Positions 1 to 12,300 of a stretch of DNA of 64,000 bases are shown here, piece after piece. The notes under the pieces were generated by a model. The model searched no databases and was not told where the DNA came from. It saw only the letters and a program-made list of their open reading frames with translations. Source of the DNA: an uncultured Rivularia sp. (GTDB taxonomy: Bacteria > Cyanobacteriota > Cyanobacteriia > Cyanobacteriales > Nostocaceae); contig OY762007.1 of NCBI GenBank assembly GCA_963665115.1, positions 1,120,001-1,184,000 on the forward strand, read 5' to 3'. Numbering within the stretch: position 1 is the stretch's first letter; the number at the start of each line of letters is the position of its first letter. The position numbers and the translations under genes were made by a program.

Positions 1-1
1 G

Positions 2-1445
2 GAAGCACGTCCGGTACTTCGATACAATCTAATTGCTGATAATTCTTCTGGTGGTTTGCTGCTTAACGGTAATGCCAATCCCGATTTGGGTAGCTCTCAA
101 GATCCTGCCGGTAATATCTTTCGCGACAATAATGAATACGATATCCAAAATGCTACGTCAATAAAAATAGTCTCGGCGGGTAATTTATTAAATGCGACTT
201 TGGTAAAAGGATTGGTAGACTTTGTTGCAACTACTGTAGATAATCCCCGAGAGCTAGCCGTCAATAGCAGTTTTCCCGATTTAAACGGACATTGGGCAGC
301 ACCTTTTATAGAAGCAATATACGAAAAAGGATTGATTAGCGGATTTCCCGACGGTACGTTTGCGCCAGAAGCACCAATTACTCGCGCTCAGTATGCGGCG
401 ATAGTTTCAAAGACTTTTCAACTACCTTTAAGAAATAAAACTAGAATATTTACCGATATTAATTCTAAGTTTTGGGGCCGCTTCAGCGATTTATCGCGGT
501 GCCGGTATGGGCTTTATCACCGGCTTTCCCGACGGTTCGTTTCGTCCCAATCAAAATTTAACCAAAGCTCAAGCAATAGTCTCAATAGTTAGCGGTTTAA
601 AACTCAAGGGCGGAAATCCGAACGTTTTGGCAATGTATGGCGATCGCGCTCAAATTCCCAGTTACGCTACTAATGCAATGGCTATAGCGACACAGAAATT
701 ATTGGTGGTAAATTATCCGCAAACCGAACAATTAGAGCCTTTACGAGAAACTACCCGCGCTGAAGTGGTGGCGTTAATTTATCAAGCTTTAGTAGCACTG
801 GGCAAACAAAGAGCCGTAATTTCCCCCTACATCGTCAAACCCGATGGGGATACTATGCCTTCCTTTAGTGATTTGACGGCACATTGGGCCGAACCATTCA
901 TCCGCAGTTTAGTCAGCCTAGATTTGACTAGTGGCTTCGCTGACGGTACATATCAACCGGATATACCCATGACACGCTCTCAATACGCGGCGTTAATCGT
1001 TAAAGCTTTCAATCCCACACCAAAACGTTTGGTAAATGACTTTTTCGACGTTTCAGTTAATTCCTGGAACTATAAACCCATCAAAGCAGCAGCACAAGCC
1101 GGTTTTGTCGGAGGATTCAGCGACGGTACCTTTCGTCCCCAGGAAAACGTACAGCGACTACAGGTAATTGTCTCCTTAGTCAACGGACTGGCATTAACAG
1201 CAGCTCACGGCTCGGCATTACAAAACTTTACAGATAGCCAAACCCTTCCCAAATATGCGCGGGCGGCTGTTGCAACTGCTACACAGCAGAGAATTGTGGT
1301 AAATTATCCAGACCCCAAGAAAATGGAACCAAAGCGTGAAGCAACCAGAGCTGAAGTAGCAGCTATGGTTTATCAAGCACTGGTAGCCATTAAACGTGTG
1401 TCTCCTATTAACTCGCCCTATATAATTTTTCCTACTGGCCATTGA
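2..1445 (+). CDS. DUF1565/beta-helix plus multiple S-layer homology (SLH) domain protein; 5'-truncated by the window edge; +1 frameshift near 476
   Basis: The frame is open from base 2 (EARPVLRYNLI...). SLH motifs: FPDLNGHWA, GFPDGTFAP, FSDLTAHWA, GFSDGTFRP. Removing one G in TTTTGGGGCCG joins ORFs 56..592 and 507..1445 (FWAASAIYRGAGMG). Confidence 0.85.
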
Positions 1446-1629
1446 TTAGTAGAATATACTCATCTACAATTCGTAATCTGCCCTCCGGGCTGGCTGCGAA
1501 GATCGTTATTAGCTAGATTTTATCAATTGTGGCGAATGCAACTTTTGTTTAGAGGGAAGCTACCCAAGAAAGACTTATAATACTTGGGAACAGTTCACCG
1601 TATCAAAAGGTACTTTACTTTTTTTAAAG

Positions 1630-2505
1630 ATGGTAGCAGAATATATGCCCATCACCTCCAGTTTCCAACCCATGTTCACTCAAGCATCGAACGTGACTAA
1701 CAACTTGGCAGTATCGCTATTAACACATTATAGTTTTGACCTCGGTGGATATAGCGCCAGCGAGTTGGTTAAACGTTGGGAAAATCAATATCCCTCGAAC
1801 TGGGTACATTTGGCAATAATCGAGGCTTTATACCAAGGGCGTTATAAAGCAGTTTCGGCACAGCAAATATTAACTCTTTGGTTGAGAAGGAATCATCCCA
1901 GCTACCATTTCAACATGGAGTTTGAACGATTAATTTGCAACAAGCTGCCCGAAGATTTGAAATGGAATAACAGCTTGCCACCGCTGCCACCAGCATTACC
2001 AAGCGTAGGTAGCAGCAATCCTACGATCGAAGACGTAATGAGGAACTACGAATCCTCCAATTCCTCATATTACAGAAATCTCGAAACAGAGCAAGTCGTA
2101 GAAAAGCCTGTTGAAGAAGACAATTACCATACAGCAGAATTAGCGAGTACGGCATCCGAAGATTCCATTGCTAGAAACCCATCAAAAGTACTTCCCACTT
2201 CAACTAGCATGGTTTTCGTACCCAACACGCAATCTCAGGCATCCGTCACCCGCAGTACCGCATCAAGAACTTTAACAGAAACGAAATATTATATTGAGAA
2301 AAATTCCGAATTTAAGAAATTCAAGGAATTAAAGCAATCTGAAGAATCACAACAATTAGAACAATCAGAAAAAGCTTTCATTTCCGAAAAGCGAGTAAAA
2401 CTTCTCCCCCCAGAAAGGAATCATCCACCCATCGAACAATTTACCCCAGACAAGAGTGATTCGAGCGACAGCTTTACCTCGAAGTTGAAAGGGGTGATGG
2501 GGTGA
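1630..2505 (+). CDS. ftn6: Cyanobacterial cell-division protein Ftn6-like (N-terminal DnaD-like domain, disordered C-terminus)
   Basis: N-terminal LLTHYSFDLGGY...W..LAIIEALYQGRYKAVSAQQILTLW.RR...HF..EFE matches my recollection of the Ftn6 N-terminal domain. Confidence 0.6.
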   Translation: MVAEYMPITSSFQPMFTQASNVTNNLAVSLLTHYSFDLGGYSASELVKRWENQYPSNWVHLAIIEALYQGRYKAVSAQQILTLWLRRNHPSYHFNMEFERLICNKLPEDLKWNNSLPPLPPALPSVGSSNPTIEDVMRNYESSNSSYYRNLETEQVVEKPVEEDNYHTAELASTASEDSIARNPSKVLPTSTSMVFVPNTQSQASVTRSTASRTLTETKYYIEKNSEFKKFKELKQSEESQQLEQSEKAFISEKRVKLLPPERNHPPIEQFTPDKSDSSDSFTSKLKGVMG

Positions 2506-2859
2506 GGGGGAGATTATTAAAGTAGTAAGTAGTAAGTAGTAAGTAGTGAGTAGTGAGTAGTGAGTAGTGAGTAGTGAGTAGTAAGTAGTGAGTAGTGAGT
2601 AATAAGTAATAAGTAATAAGTAATAAGTAATAAGTAATAAGTAGGGAGTAAAAATAGACGGGCAGCTATGAGCGACATTTATGACAATAATAAAAAGTGA
2701 TTTACTTGCTACTCCCTACTTGCTACTCCCTACTTGCTACTCCCTACTTGCTACTTGCTACTTGCTACTTGCTACTTGCTACTTGCTACTTGCTACTTGC
2801 TACTTGCTACTTGCTACTTGCTACTTGCTACTTGCTACTTGCTACTTGCTACTTGCTAC
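2506..2859. repeat. Composite repeat: (AGTAGTR/AGTAATA)n arm, ~65-bp core, inverted (CTACTTG/CTACTCC)n arm; copy 1
   Basis: Heptamer arrays at 2521-2647 and 2703-2859 flank the core GTAAAAATAGACGGGCAG...GACATTTATGA.AATAATAAAAAGTGATTTACTTGCTACTC, which recurs at 44801-44868. Confidence 0.9.
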
Positions 2860-4449
2860 TCTTCAATTCTGGCTTTCAATCCGTTGTTTTTGAATATTTT
2901 TACTAAGTTATTGGCTTTGCCGCGATTATCGAATATTCCTGCTTGCATGACTCTTCTTCCACGTCTGTTGGTGCGGAATGCGTCGGGTACGATGAATTTT
3001 ACTAGTTCCTGCTGTTTTGGGGTAACTGCTTCGACTATCACCCGGTAGCGCAAATCTGTTCGTGTTGCTGTTGCTTGCCTTTGCGGTGGATTGCTTCGTA
3101 CTCTGGGTGCTGGCATATTTATGTTGCCATTTTGAGTTACGGGAATTCTAGCTGTAGGTACGGCTAAAAGGGCTGATTCTCCTGTAGGGGCTGGTTGTAA
3201 TGTTGGTAATGATGGTGTATTCGCTGGAATCTGTGATGCTTGTGGTGCAACAAATTCGATTGTATCTGGCTGCACCTGCACGAAATTTAATTGTTGTTCT
3301 GTTTTTGGTGTTGCTGGTTTTGGCAAAGAAGCGGTATTTTGACGGATTGCTCTGGGTTTGAGTAATGTTGGCGATGTACGCCTTGGTTGTTGAGATATTT
3401 GAGCCGTTGCTTTTGCTGGTGCTGCCGTTGCTGTTAAGTTGACAATTCCTGCAATGCGACTTTCGGTTAATGTGTTGCCGTAAGCAGCTACTTCTTGTTT
3501 GGCGGCTTCGGCGTTGATATCGTAGCGCCCGTTAGCGTTAAATTGATTGCCGCCTGGATTGGATGAATTACCTAAATCTGGTGATGCTTTAGCTATTACG
3601 ACTAAGCCGTCTTCTTTGTTGTTAAAGATAGAATTATTTCGCAAAACAGGGCGAGAAGCAGCTTGAACTACAACGCCGGTTCTATTTTGTGAAATTTTGT
3701 TGCTAATTATTTGAGGAGATGCATTTTGGGCAATATTTATCCCAAAGCCGGTATCTTGAAAGGTATTTCCCTTGATTTTGGGTTGAGATTTTCCTGAAAC
3801 TGTAATCCCATTTGCGCCATTCTGATAAAAATAATTGTTGTGAATTTTGGGGGCAGCTTTACCAGTTACTGCAACTCCATCTTGGGTAGAAACCTGCAAA
3901 GGTGTTGTTTTCCACTACTGGTTGGCTTGATTCAATCCACATACCGTAACCGCGAGGATTGGGATTCATTACCGTTACACCAGCTAATTTAGCCTTGCCA
4001 GTAGCAACAATCCCAATGTTTTTACTGCCGTAATAGCGGCTGAGATATTCACCACCCCCTTGAATGATAATTTCTTTACCTTGACTACCGATATCTCCTT
4101 GAATAGAAACGCCTTTTTTGAGGATTAAGGGAAATTGTTCTCCCGTTTCAGCGCTGTAAGTACCTTTGGCAAGTCGAATTACCGTATTATCCTTAGCAAT
4201 TTGTAATGCTTGAGTAATTGTTTTTAACGGAGTATTTTCGCTGCCATTTGTCTTTTGGTCATTTCCGACACTTGGGTTGACAAACAGTACATTAACCTGA
4301 GAAATTGAGTTCTCACTGAGGATTAAATCCTCTGACATTGACGATATCTGAGCGACGGCAATATTTGAGCTTGTGCTTGGTAAAGCCGTAGTAATGGTGG
4401 TTAAACCAACCGTAAGAAATAAGACGGAATAGATAGAAGAAGTACGCAT
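2856..4449 (-). CDS. Secreted DUF1565 beta-helix protein with a possible SPOR-like C-terminus; +1 frameshift near 3890
   Basis: Signal peptide; LFVNPSVGND...PLKTITQAL...LAKGTYSAETGEQFP (DUF1565). Removing one base gives ENNTFAGSTQDG and joins 3859..4449 with 2856..3899. Confidence 0.85.
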
Positions 4450-4588
4450 ATGAGATTCTAGGTAGGAAATACGATTGAAATGCTTTGATAATCTACTTTA
4501 GCGGCGGAATATGATTTGTCTTGAATTGAGATAGATGAGAATTTTTAAGTTTTTTTTTACACTTTTCCCATCTAAAATTTTCAAAAAA

Positions 4589-4700
4589 CTTTAGATTTTA
4601 GATTTTAGATTTTAGATTTTAGATTTTAGATTAAATTATCAATGGTTTCAAACTCCTAGCTTCAGCTATGGAAAAATCTAAAATCGTCAATCCAAAATTG
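4589..4700. repeat. (TTTTAGA)n heptamer arm with inverted TCTAAAA arm around a short core; related copy near 61033-61106
   Basis: Tandem TTTTAGA; core containing ATGGTTTCA and CTATGG; AATCTAAAATC.. arm. Confidence 0.6.
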
Positions 4701-4949
4701 GCTAACTGTCTCCGGGTGTATTCTAGATTTTAATTTATAAAAACAAGTATATTGTGATACATTTTTGGTGGATTTGAATTAAACATAGCCATCGATTCAC
4801 AATCTGAAATTGCAAAGCCGAAATACCATGAACACGGTATTACTTTTAATACAAGGCAATTTAAGAAAAAAATCAACGATGAAAACAACATTATTAGAAA
4901 AATGAAACAGGCTGACTGTTACGATGAAAGCAATAATGGAGTTGTTGTA

Positions 4950-6033
4950 ATGGTCGAGCCATACAGCCAGAAAGAACAAGTACAGCAAGTTGTTCTGCGA
5001 ATATTAGATGCGAATTTAGACCGTACTCGTGAAGGTTTGCGGATTATCGAGGAATGGTGTCGCTTTGGTTTAAACAATAGCGAATTTACTCGGGAATGCA
5101 AGCACTTACGCCAAGAGGTTGCTAAATGGCATACAGCCGACTTAAGAGCGGCTCGGGATACACCAGGTGATACGGGTACGGAATTAAGCCATCCGCAAGA
5201 AGAACAGCGTGAAAGCGTCAATTCCTTGTTGCAGGCTAACTTCTGTCGGGTAGAAGAAGCTGTACGGGTGCTTGAAGAATACGGAAAGCTTTATAGTGTC
5301 GGTATGGGTAAAGCATTTAAGCAAATTCGCTATCGAGTTTATACGCTCGAAAGTAATTTGATGGGTTTTGCTCGATACCAGCAACTTTTGCGATCGCGCT
5401 TGTATTTAGTCACCTCGGCAAGCGAACATTTACTGGAGTCTGTAGAAGCAGCACTCAAAGGTGGGTTAACGCTGGTACAGTATCGCGAAAAGACAGCCGA
5501 TGATACTGTTCGTTTAGAACAAGCTAGGAAACTTTGTCAACTATGTCACGATTATGATGCATTATTTTTGGTCAACGACCGTATAGACTTAGCTTTAGCT
5601 GTAGATGCCGATGGCGTGCATTTAGGACAACAAGATATGCCCATATCCGTAGCTCGCGATTTACTTGGTCCTCATAGGTTGATAGGTCGTTCTACCACAA
5701 ATAGTGACGAAATGCAAAGGGCAATTACCGAGGGTGCCGATTATGTTGGTGTGGGGGCCAGTATACGAAACTCCGACAAAAGAAGGTAAACCAGCAGTTG
5801 GTTTGCAATATGTCAGCTATGCCGCAAAAAATTGTCCGATACCCTGGTTTGCGATTGGTGGAATAGATCCCAATAATCTTAATGATGTGGTAGAAATTGG
5901 AGCGAGTCGCGTAGCGGTAGTGCGAAGCATCATGCAAGCAGAACAACCAACTTTAGTCACGCAATATTTTTTATCTCAACTGCACCGAGTTCAAACAGTA
6001 ACTAGTAAATCAAAGGTGTATGAACAGTCTTGA
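4950..6033 (+). CDS. thiE: Thiamine-phosphate synthase (cyanobacterial long form); +1 frameshift near 5755
   Basis: RILDANLDR..EGLR N-terminal domain; VQYREK, NDRIDLA, GVHLGQQD, GRST; GPVYETPTK and FAIGGID follow after removing one G in GTGGGGGCCA. The start may be at 4902 or 4950. Confidence 0.93.
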
Positions 6034-6229
6034 ATTGCAAGTAAACGGAGAAACCCGCACCTGTTTTGAGAAAACAAATTTACCAGGCTTGCTCGTGCAA
6101 TTAGGATATAATCCTCGTCTTGTTGCTGTCGAGTATAATGGCGAAATTTTGCATCGTCAATATTGGGAAGATACAAGAATACAGCCAAATGACCGTTTGG
6201 AAATAGTTACTATTGTTGGGGGGGGGTGA
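6020..6229 (+). CDS. thiS: Sulfur carrier protein ThiS
   Basis: VNGE..., VAVEYNGEIL, C-terminal EIVTIVGGG; overlaps the end of thiE. Confidence 0.95.
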   Translation: MNSLELQVNGETRTCFEKTNLPGLLVQLGYNPRLVAVEYNGEILHRQYWEDTRIQPNDRLEIVTIVGGG

Positions 6230-6265
6230 ATCAATTATCAATTATCAATTATCATTTATCATTTT

Positions 6266-6332
6266 GTAGGGTGCATTACGGCATGAGTTAATTTGAATTG
6301 AAGCGATGAATTTAAATATGCCGTAACGCACC
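6266..6332. repeat. REP-like palindromic element (GTAGGGTGC...GCACC family)
   Basis: GGTGCATTACGGC...GCCGTAACGCACC inverted arms; relatives at 37082-37413 and 59572-59634. Confidence 0.7.
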
Positions 6333-6513
6333 ATTCTTTTATTCTTATAAAAACTTTAAGCTTCAACAACACGATTCCACCTTCAGGGCAATACTACCTG
6401 AAGAAGTAATAGCTAATGCGAGTCTTGGAAATACACATCCACCATTTTTGAAATCTTTGCCAAGCGGATTTTTTTCAATCTGCACAAAAGCTTGTCCGTG
6501 TAATTCTGATTGT

Positions 6514-7122
6514 TTACTGTGCTGCTTTCTCTAAGCAATTCACTAAGATACCCATTATCTTCCCCAGGTTATCAATATAATATTCCTGATTGTCAATATA
6601 AACGGTCTTCTCTTCTAACTTTAAAAACAACCAGGAAGTTCCAGTTGTAACTACTCCGTAAATCGTTGACAGATGATTATCTTGCTTTTTGTTAAAAATT
6701 TGTGCTGCTACCATTTCGGCTATGCACTGCCCTATCCCCGACGTAATTAAATCGTTTTTAGCTTCAACTAACGTCACAACAGGAGAACTTATTGCGTACA
6801 TTTCCTCACTCAATGTAATCAAAAAATCAACATAACCAGTCAAGCCTAAAGAAATATCAACATTAAAAAGACTCCCAGAAAATAAACTGATTTTTCTGAA
6901 AAGAATTTTTCTAATTTCTACCAATATTGGAATTACCAATAATTCAGACTTGGCTTTTTCTGTACTTATTGCCCTCGCTAATGGTAGGTATTCTTCTAAC
7001 AATTCGATTAATAAAGCAGTTGGTTCTATACTGCCAACATCTTTGAACAAGTTTTCTGACTCGACTGTAACTAAATCAAAATCCTTCTTAACTTTACTTA
7101 AAGTGAAATTATTGTACGCCAT
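6514..7122 (-). CDS. PD-(D/E)xK / HsdR_N-like restriction-endonuclease-fold protein, intact copy
   Basis: GYVDF...VEAK...GIGQCIAEMVAAQ...YGVVTTGTSWLF motif pattern of a widespread cyanobacterial family. Confidence 0.65.
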   Translation of the reverse strand: MAYNNFTLSKVKKDFDLVTVESENLFKDVGSIEPTALLIELLEEYLPLARAISTEKAKSELLVIPILVEIRKILFRKISLFSGSLFNVDISLGLTGYVDFLITLSEEMYAISSPVVTLVEAKNDLITSGIGQCIAEMVAAQIFNKKQDNHLSTIYGVVTTGTSWLFLKLEEKTVYIDNQEYYIDNLGKIMGILVNCLEKAAQ

Positions 7123-7199
7123 CTTAAATCAGGGAGAGTTGGTAATTGATAATTGGTAATTGGTAATTGTTAATTGGTAATTGGTAATGGGTTCTCTCT

Positions 7200-8813
7200 T
7201 CAATACGCTATGTTTTTGATGATGTTTTTTATTGTTTTCGGTAAATTACTCAGTCGATTCCCACGTAAGTTGAGGATTTGTAAATTGGTGAGTTGTCCTA
7301 TTTCTGCTGGTAAACTACTCAGTTGATTATTATGAAGGTAGAGAACTTGCAAATTGGTGAGTTGTCCTATTTCTGCTGGTAAACTACTCAGTTTATTCTG
7401 TGAGAGGTAGAGGGATTGCAAATTGGTGAGTTGTCCTATTTCTGCTGGTAAACTACTTAGTTGATTAGCGTTGAGGCAGAGGGATTGCAAATTGCTAAGT
7501 TGTCCTATTTCTGCTGGTAAACTACTCAGTTGATTCTGTGAGAGGTTGAGGGATTGCAAATTGATGAGTTGGGCAATTTCTGCTGGAAAACTACCCAGCT
7601 TATTGTATTCGAGGTAGAGGGATTGCAAATTTGTGAGTTGTCCAATTTCTACTGGTAAATTACTCAGTTTGTTATAGCTGAGGTCGAGGGATTGCAAATT
7701 GGTGAGTTGTCCTATTTCTGCTGGTAAACTACTCAGTTGATTACTGCTGAGTTCGAGGGATTGCAAATTTGTGAGCTGTCCTATTTCTACTGGTAAACTA
7801 CTTAGTTGATTTCTTATGAGTTCGAGGGATTGCAAATTGGTGAGTTGAACAATTTCTGCTGGTAAACTACTCAGTTGATTGAAACCGAGGTTGAGGAATT
7901 GTAAATTGGTGAGTTGTCCAATTTCTGCTGGTAAACTACTTAGTTGAGTGTTCCAGAGGTGGAGGGATTGTAAATTGGTGAGTTGGACTATTACTTCTGG
8001 TAAACTACTCAGTTTATTTCCACTGAGGTGGAGGGTTTGTAAGTTGGTGAGTTGGACTATTTCTGCTGGTAAGCTACTCAGTTGATTACCGTTGAGGTGG
8101 AGGGATTGTAAATTGGTGAGTTGGACTATTTCTGCTGGTAAACTACTCAGTCGATTACCAACGAGGTGAAGGGATTGCAAATTGGTGAGTTGGACAATTT
8201 CTGCCGGTAAACTACTCAGTCGATTACCACCGAGGTGGAGGGATTGCAAATTGGTGAGTTGGGCAATTTCTGCTGGTAAACTACTTAGTTGAGTGTTGCT
8301 GAGGTGGAGGGATTGCAAATTGGTGAGTTGGACAATTTCTGCTGGTAAGCTACTCAGTTGAGTGTTGCTGAGGTGGAGGGATTGCAAATTGGTGAGTTGG
8401 ACAATTTCTGCTGGTAAACTACTTAGTTGATTACCACCGAGGTCGAGGGATTGTAAATTAGTGAGTTGTCCAATTTCTGCTGGTAAACGACTCAGTTTGT
8501 TATCGCTGAGGTCGAGGGATTGTAAATTAGTGAGTTGTGCTATTTGTGCTGGTAAACTACTTAGTTGGTTGTAGCAAAGCTTGAGAAATTGCAAATTGGT
8601 GAGTTGTCCTATTTCTTTCGGTAACTCCCTCAATTGGTTGTCCATATAACGATCGTTTGTTTCATCGTATTTACCCAGAATCAACTTCTTAAGGTGAGTT
8701 AACTTACCAATTTCAGCAGGTAAAGCAGTTAACTCTTTACCAGAAAGGTCTAATTCCGTCCATCCCTCTGCTGCTGCTTGTTCGATTATCTCTAGCAATT
8801 CTTTCTCAGTCAT
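7200..8813 (-). CDS. LRR-only protein (about 20 repeats of 23 aa)
   Basis: Tandem NQLSSLPAEI.QLTNLQSL.L units (69-nt DNA repeats). Start MTEKELL is homologous to the start of the Roco gene. Confidence 0.93.
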   Translation of the reverse strand: MTEKELLEIIEQAAAEGWTELDLSGKELTALPAEIGKLTHLKKLILGKYDETNDRYMDNQLRELPKEIGQLTNLQFLKLCYNQLSSLPAQIAQLTNLQSLDLSDNKLSRLPAEIGQLTNLQSLDLGGNQLSSLPAEIVQLTNLQSLHLSNTQLSSLPAEIVQLTNLQSLHLSNTQLSSLPAEIAQLTNLQSLHLGGNRLSSLPAEIVQLTNLQSLHLVGNRLSSLPAEIVQLTNLQSLHLNGNQLSSLPAEIVQLTNLQTLHLSGNKLSSLPEVIVQLTNLQSLHLWNTQLSSLPAEIGQLTNLQFLNLGFNQLSSLPAEIVQLTNLQSLELIRNQLSSLPVEIGQLTNLQSLELSSNQLSSLPAEIGQLTNLQSLDLSYNKLSNLPVEIGQLTNLQSLYLEYNKLGSFPAEIAQLINLQSLNLSQNQLSSLPAEIGQLSNLQSLCLNANQLSSLPAEIGQLTNLQSLYLSQNKLSSLPAEIGQLTNLQVLYLHNNQLSSLPAEIGQLTNLQILNLRGNRLSNLPKTIKNIIKNIAY

Positions 8814-8884
8814 CAGCCAGCGCTCATAATAGATTAGACACAATATGTAATAGGATTAATTTAATAGAACTTATTCACTTTTTA

Positions 8885-9313
8885 TTACTGTGCTGCTTTC
8901 TCTAAGCAATTCACTAAGATACCCATTATCTTCCCCAGGTTATCAATATAATATTCCTGATTGTCAATATAAACGGTCTTATCTTCTAACTTTAAAAACA
9001 ACAACGTAATCAAAAAATCAACATAACCAGTCAAGCCCAAAAAAATATCAACATTAAAAAGACTCCCAGAAAATAAACTGATTTTTCTGAAAAGAATTTT
9101 TCTAATTTCTACCAATATTGGAATTACCAATAATTCAGACTTGGCTTTTTCTGTACTTATTGCTCTCGCTAATGGTAAGTATTCTTCTAACAATTCGATT
9201 AATAAAGCAGTTGGTTCTATACTGCCAACATCTTTAAACAAGTTTTCTGACTCAACTGTAACTAAATCAAAATCCTTCTTAACTTTACTTAAAGTGAAAT
9301 TGTTGTACGCCAT
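8885..9313 (-). pseudogene. Near-identical duplicate of 6514..7122 with a 180-nt in-frame deletion removing the VEAK motif
   Basis: Both ends are nearly identical to 6514..7122; the 60-aa segment SEEMY...GTSW is missing. Confidence 0.85.
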
Positions 9314-9392
9314 ATTAAATGAGGGAGAGTTGATAATTGATAATTGATAATTGATAATTGATAATTGAAACGAAGCCCAAAAATCAACTTTA

Positions 9393-12300
9393 TCAAGAAT
9401 TTTGTTTCAATCCATCTAAAATTATTCCATCTTTAGCTCGCATATAAAGTACTGGTGTACCAAAGTCGCGTTTATCTAATCCCACATCTTGAGAAATAGC
9501 ATTGCGGGTTGATTGAATGGCTGCATCTACGGGATTCCCTTGCGCTAAGTTACGGTAAAATTCGTCTGCGAAAAGTTTTGCTGTAGAATCAAGAATCGTA
9601 TATTGCATCGCTACTACTGCGGGGATTCCACGACGCACAAGATTGGATACCGTACCTGCGAAAGCTTGATTTGCTGATACTGTAGCACTACGACAGCAAT
9701 TTAGAATAACTAACCCCAAATTGCGATCGCCTAAAAAGAAGTTGGCGAAATTTTCATCATCTAATAATTTAGCTTTACCATTTTCATCAACAAAATAAAT
9801 GTAGCCTTTGTTGCTCTCAAAATCACCATGTCCGATGAAGTGAAAAACGTTGTAAGGCTTATCGCGCAGCTTTTGTCTAATATTGCTGGTGGTAGCTTCT
9901 TTTAATACATCTAATTCTATTTTCCCTGTGTCTATATGTTTTTTCAGTGCTTCGCGAATTAGCTTTTCTTCACCATTTGCGTCTAATGTGGCTAAATCAG
10001 TAGGAGTAGAGATGACTAACAGGACTTTCAAAGGTAAACTAGCGGCTTTGATTTCGCGTTTTTTTAGGGGAACATCAATATAGCGGGAGAGTACGGTTTG
10101 AGTGTCGTTTCCTAAAAAAGTGTTGGTTCTTTCATAGTAAAGGAATTCCCAAGGTAATGAAGCTAATTCGGGAGATTCAAATATTAAACGCAAACGAACG
10201 CTGTGTTTGTTCTCTTGTGCGGCTGCTACTGTAGCTTTGAATTGAGCATTAATATCGTTGGGAAACAATGCTTGATAGAGTTTTTGACCTAATCCTTTTA
10301 GTAATCCGCTATTGGTTTTTTTGAATTCAATTAATTGTAAAGTCAGATTAATTTCGTTAATATCCAAGCGTAATTCTCCAGATTCATCACCTTGTTCTGA
10401 GGAAGCGCGAATATTATTATTTTTATCAACTAATATTTGAAAATCTTGGTAGTTATAATTCATTGTGTTTTGATTTTGATTAAAAGATTTCTCTTTCTCG
10501 CTTTCTAATTGCTGTTGTAATTGTGTATTTTGGATTTGCGACAAATTCACATCGTCAATCAATCTTCTGACATCTACCATTTCATAGCTATTCCCACACT
10601 CAATCTGAAATTTGCTCTTGCTTAAACGTTTACGCAAATCTTCTAAAGCATAAGCAAAAGGATTTTCACTTTCTACACATTCTCGACAGTTACAGGGAAC
10701 CCAAGTTTTATATTGTAAACGCTCAAAAGAATTATGGATTTTTTCTAATTCATGGGTGACGACTGCGAGCAATTCTTTTTTACGGCTTCCCGATACCCTT
10801 ACTTTAATTTCCTTTTGATTATAATTTTCGATGACTTCAGCGCGAGTTTCGTCTTTGTTGAGAACAACTCCGCTTCTCCAAACGAGTTTTTGTTCTTCTA
10901 TAAAAGGATGTGTTTCTACAATAAAACGGGTGAGAATCCCTTTGGGCATGAATTTGTATTCGTAGCGCAAAATGAGATTATGGGATTTATCCGGGTTGTA
11001 TTCGTCTGGTGGATCGATTTTGAGTAATTGTGGTGCAATGTACTTACCGGGATTATTCGGAATTGGATAGCAAAGTTTAAACTGCATCATTAATTGCAGC
11101 AGTTTCATCTTGCATATCGCTGTATTCGCGATCTTTCCAAATATCAGCGAGTTCTTCTTTGGTAAAACATCCCCGATTATTTATGACGGTTTTATTATCT
11201 AATACCTTATAAACCGCAGTTGTCGCCCATTCGGGTTTGAGTATTACATAATGTTTTAATGTCGGATCATCTTGGAAGTGCAAACAAACGCCCAAATCGT
11301 GTAAAAAGCTACTCAGCCGTAACATATCTTTACGGTCAGTTAATTGATTAATTTTACAAAATTCGTAATATTCATGAAGCTCGATGTAATTGCGAGAATA
11401 ATTATCTAAAGCTGCTCGCACTCTCACCCAAATTTTTGGTAAAGGTGATTTATCTCCAATGTGATCGAGATTGCTGATGTAGTTTTGAATCTTATCTTTA
11501 ATTTCTGCTAAACCGCGATTTGTTTCTAAATTAGTTGCTAAAACTTCTTTTAAATGTAAAAATTCCGATCGTAACTGTCGTTCATTGACTTCACACTGAC
11601 GGTTTTGTTTTTCGTTTTTGATAATCAAAATCGGGCTATTCTCACTTAAAAGTTCTGCAACCTTCATCCACCAGTAAAAGTCAGTGTTTTCTCTGCGAGT
11701 ATCAGCAACTAAAACATAAAGAGAACGTTTAGTGAGGAAAAACTGGTGGGTTTGATGATAGATTTCTTGTCCGCCAAAATCCCAGATATTAACGCGAAAT
11801 TCTTTACCATTGGGTTGTGTAAATTTCCACTGAATTACATCAATTCCTTCCGTTGATTCCTCATTTGATTTAAGTTCGTAGTCTTCATCTTCAATTTTCT
11901 TAGCTAAAGAGGTTTTACCCGCTCCTCCTTCCCCAATAATTAATAATTTTGCTTCGTAGAGAGGTTCTGTTTCTGATGGATCTTGTATTCGGAAATAGAA
12001 ATCAAGGATTTCCGAGACATCTCCTGGATCTTCCAATAAATCTTTTGGTCCTAAAATTTCCGGTGGAATGGGGACTGGATTCCTGCGTAAATCGAGTTTT
12101 TTAAGTTTGGTGAGTTTTTTAATTGTTTCTGGTAAACTACTCAGTTGATTGCCACCGAGGTGGAGGGATTGCAAATTGGTGAGTTGGACAATTTCTGCTG
12201 GTAAACTACTCAGTTGATTGCCACCGAGGTGGAGGGATTGCAAATTGGTGAGTTGGACAATTTCTGCTGGTAAACTACTCAGTTGATTGTTGTAGAGGTA

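Noticed and set aside
2681..3048. ORFs with LLATCY repeats (also 44408..44830 LLTTHYS and 56177..56419)
   Set aside because: These are translations of heptamer DNA arrays, not real proteins.
4450..4950. TPP riboswitch upstream of thiE
   Set aside because: No CTGAGA/TPP-aptamer core was recognised.
4902..6033. thiE, trpA, porin, sigma and others as pseudogenes or programmed frameshifts
   Set aside because: Each has a single +1 base with otherwise intact motifs, in recurrent sequence contexts; sequencing error is more parsimonious.
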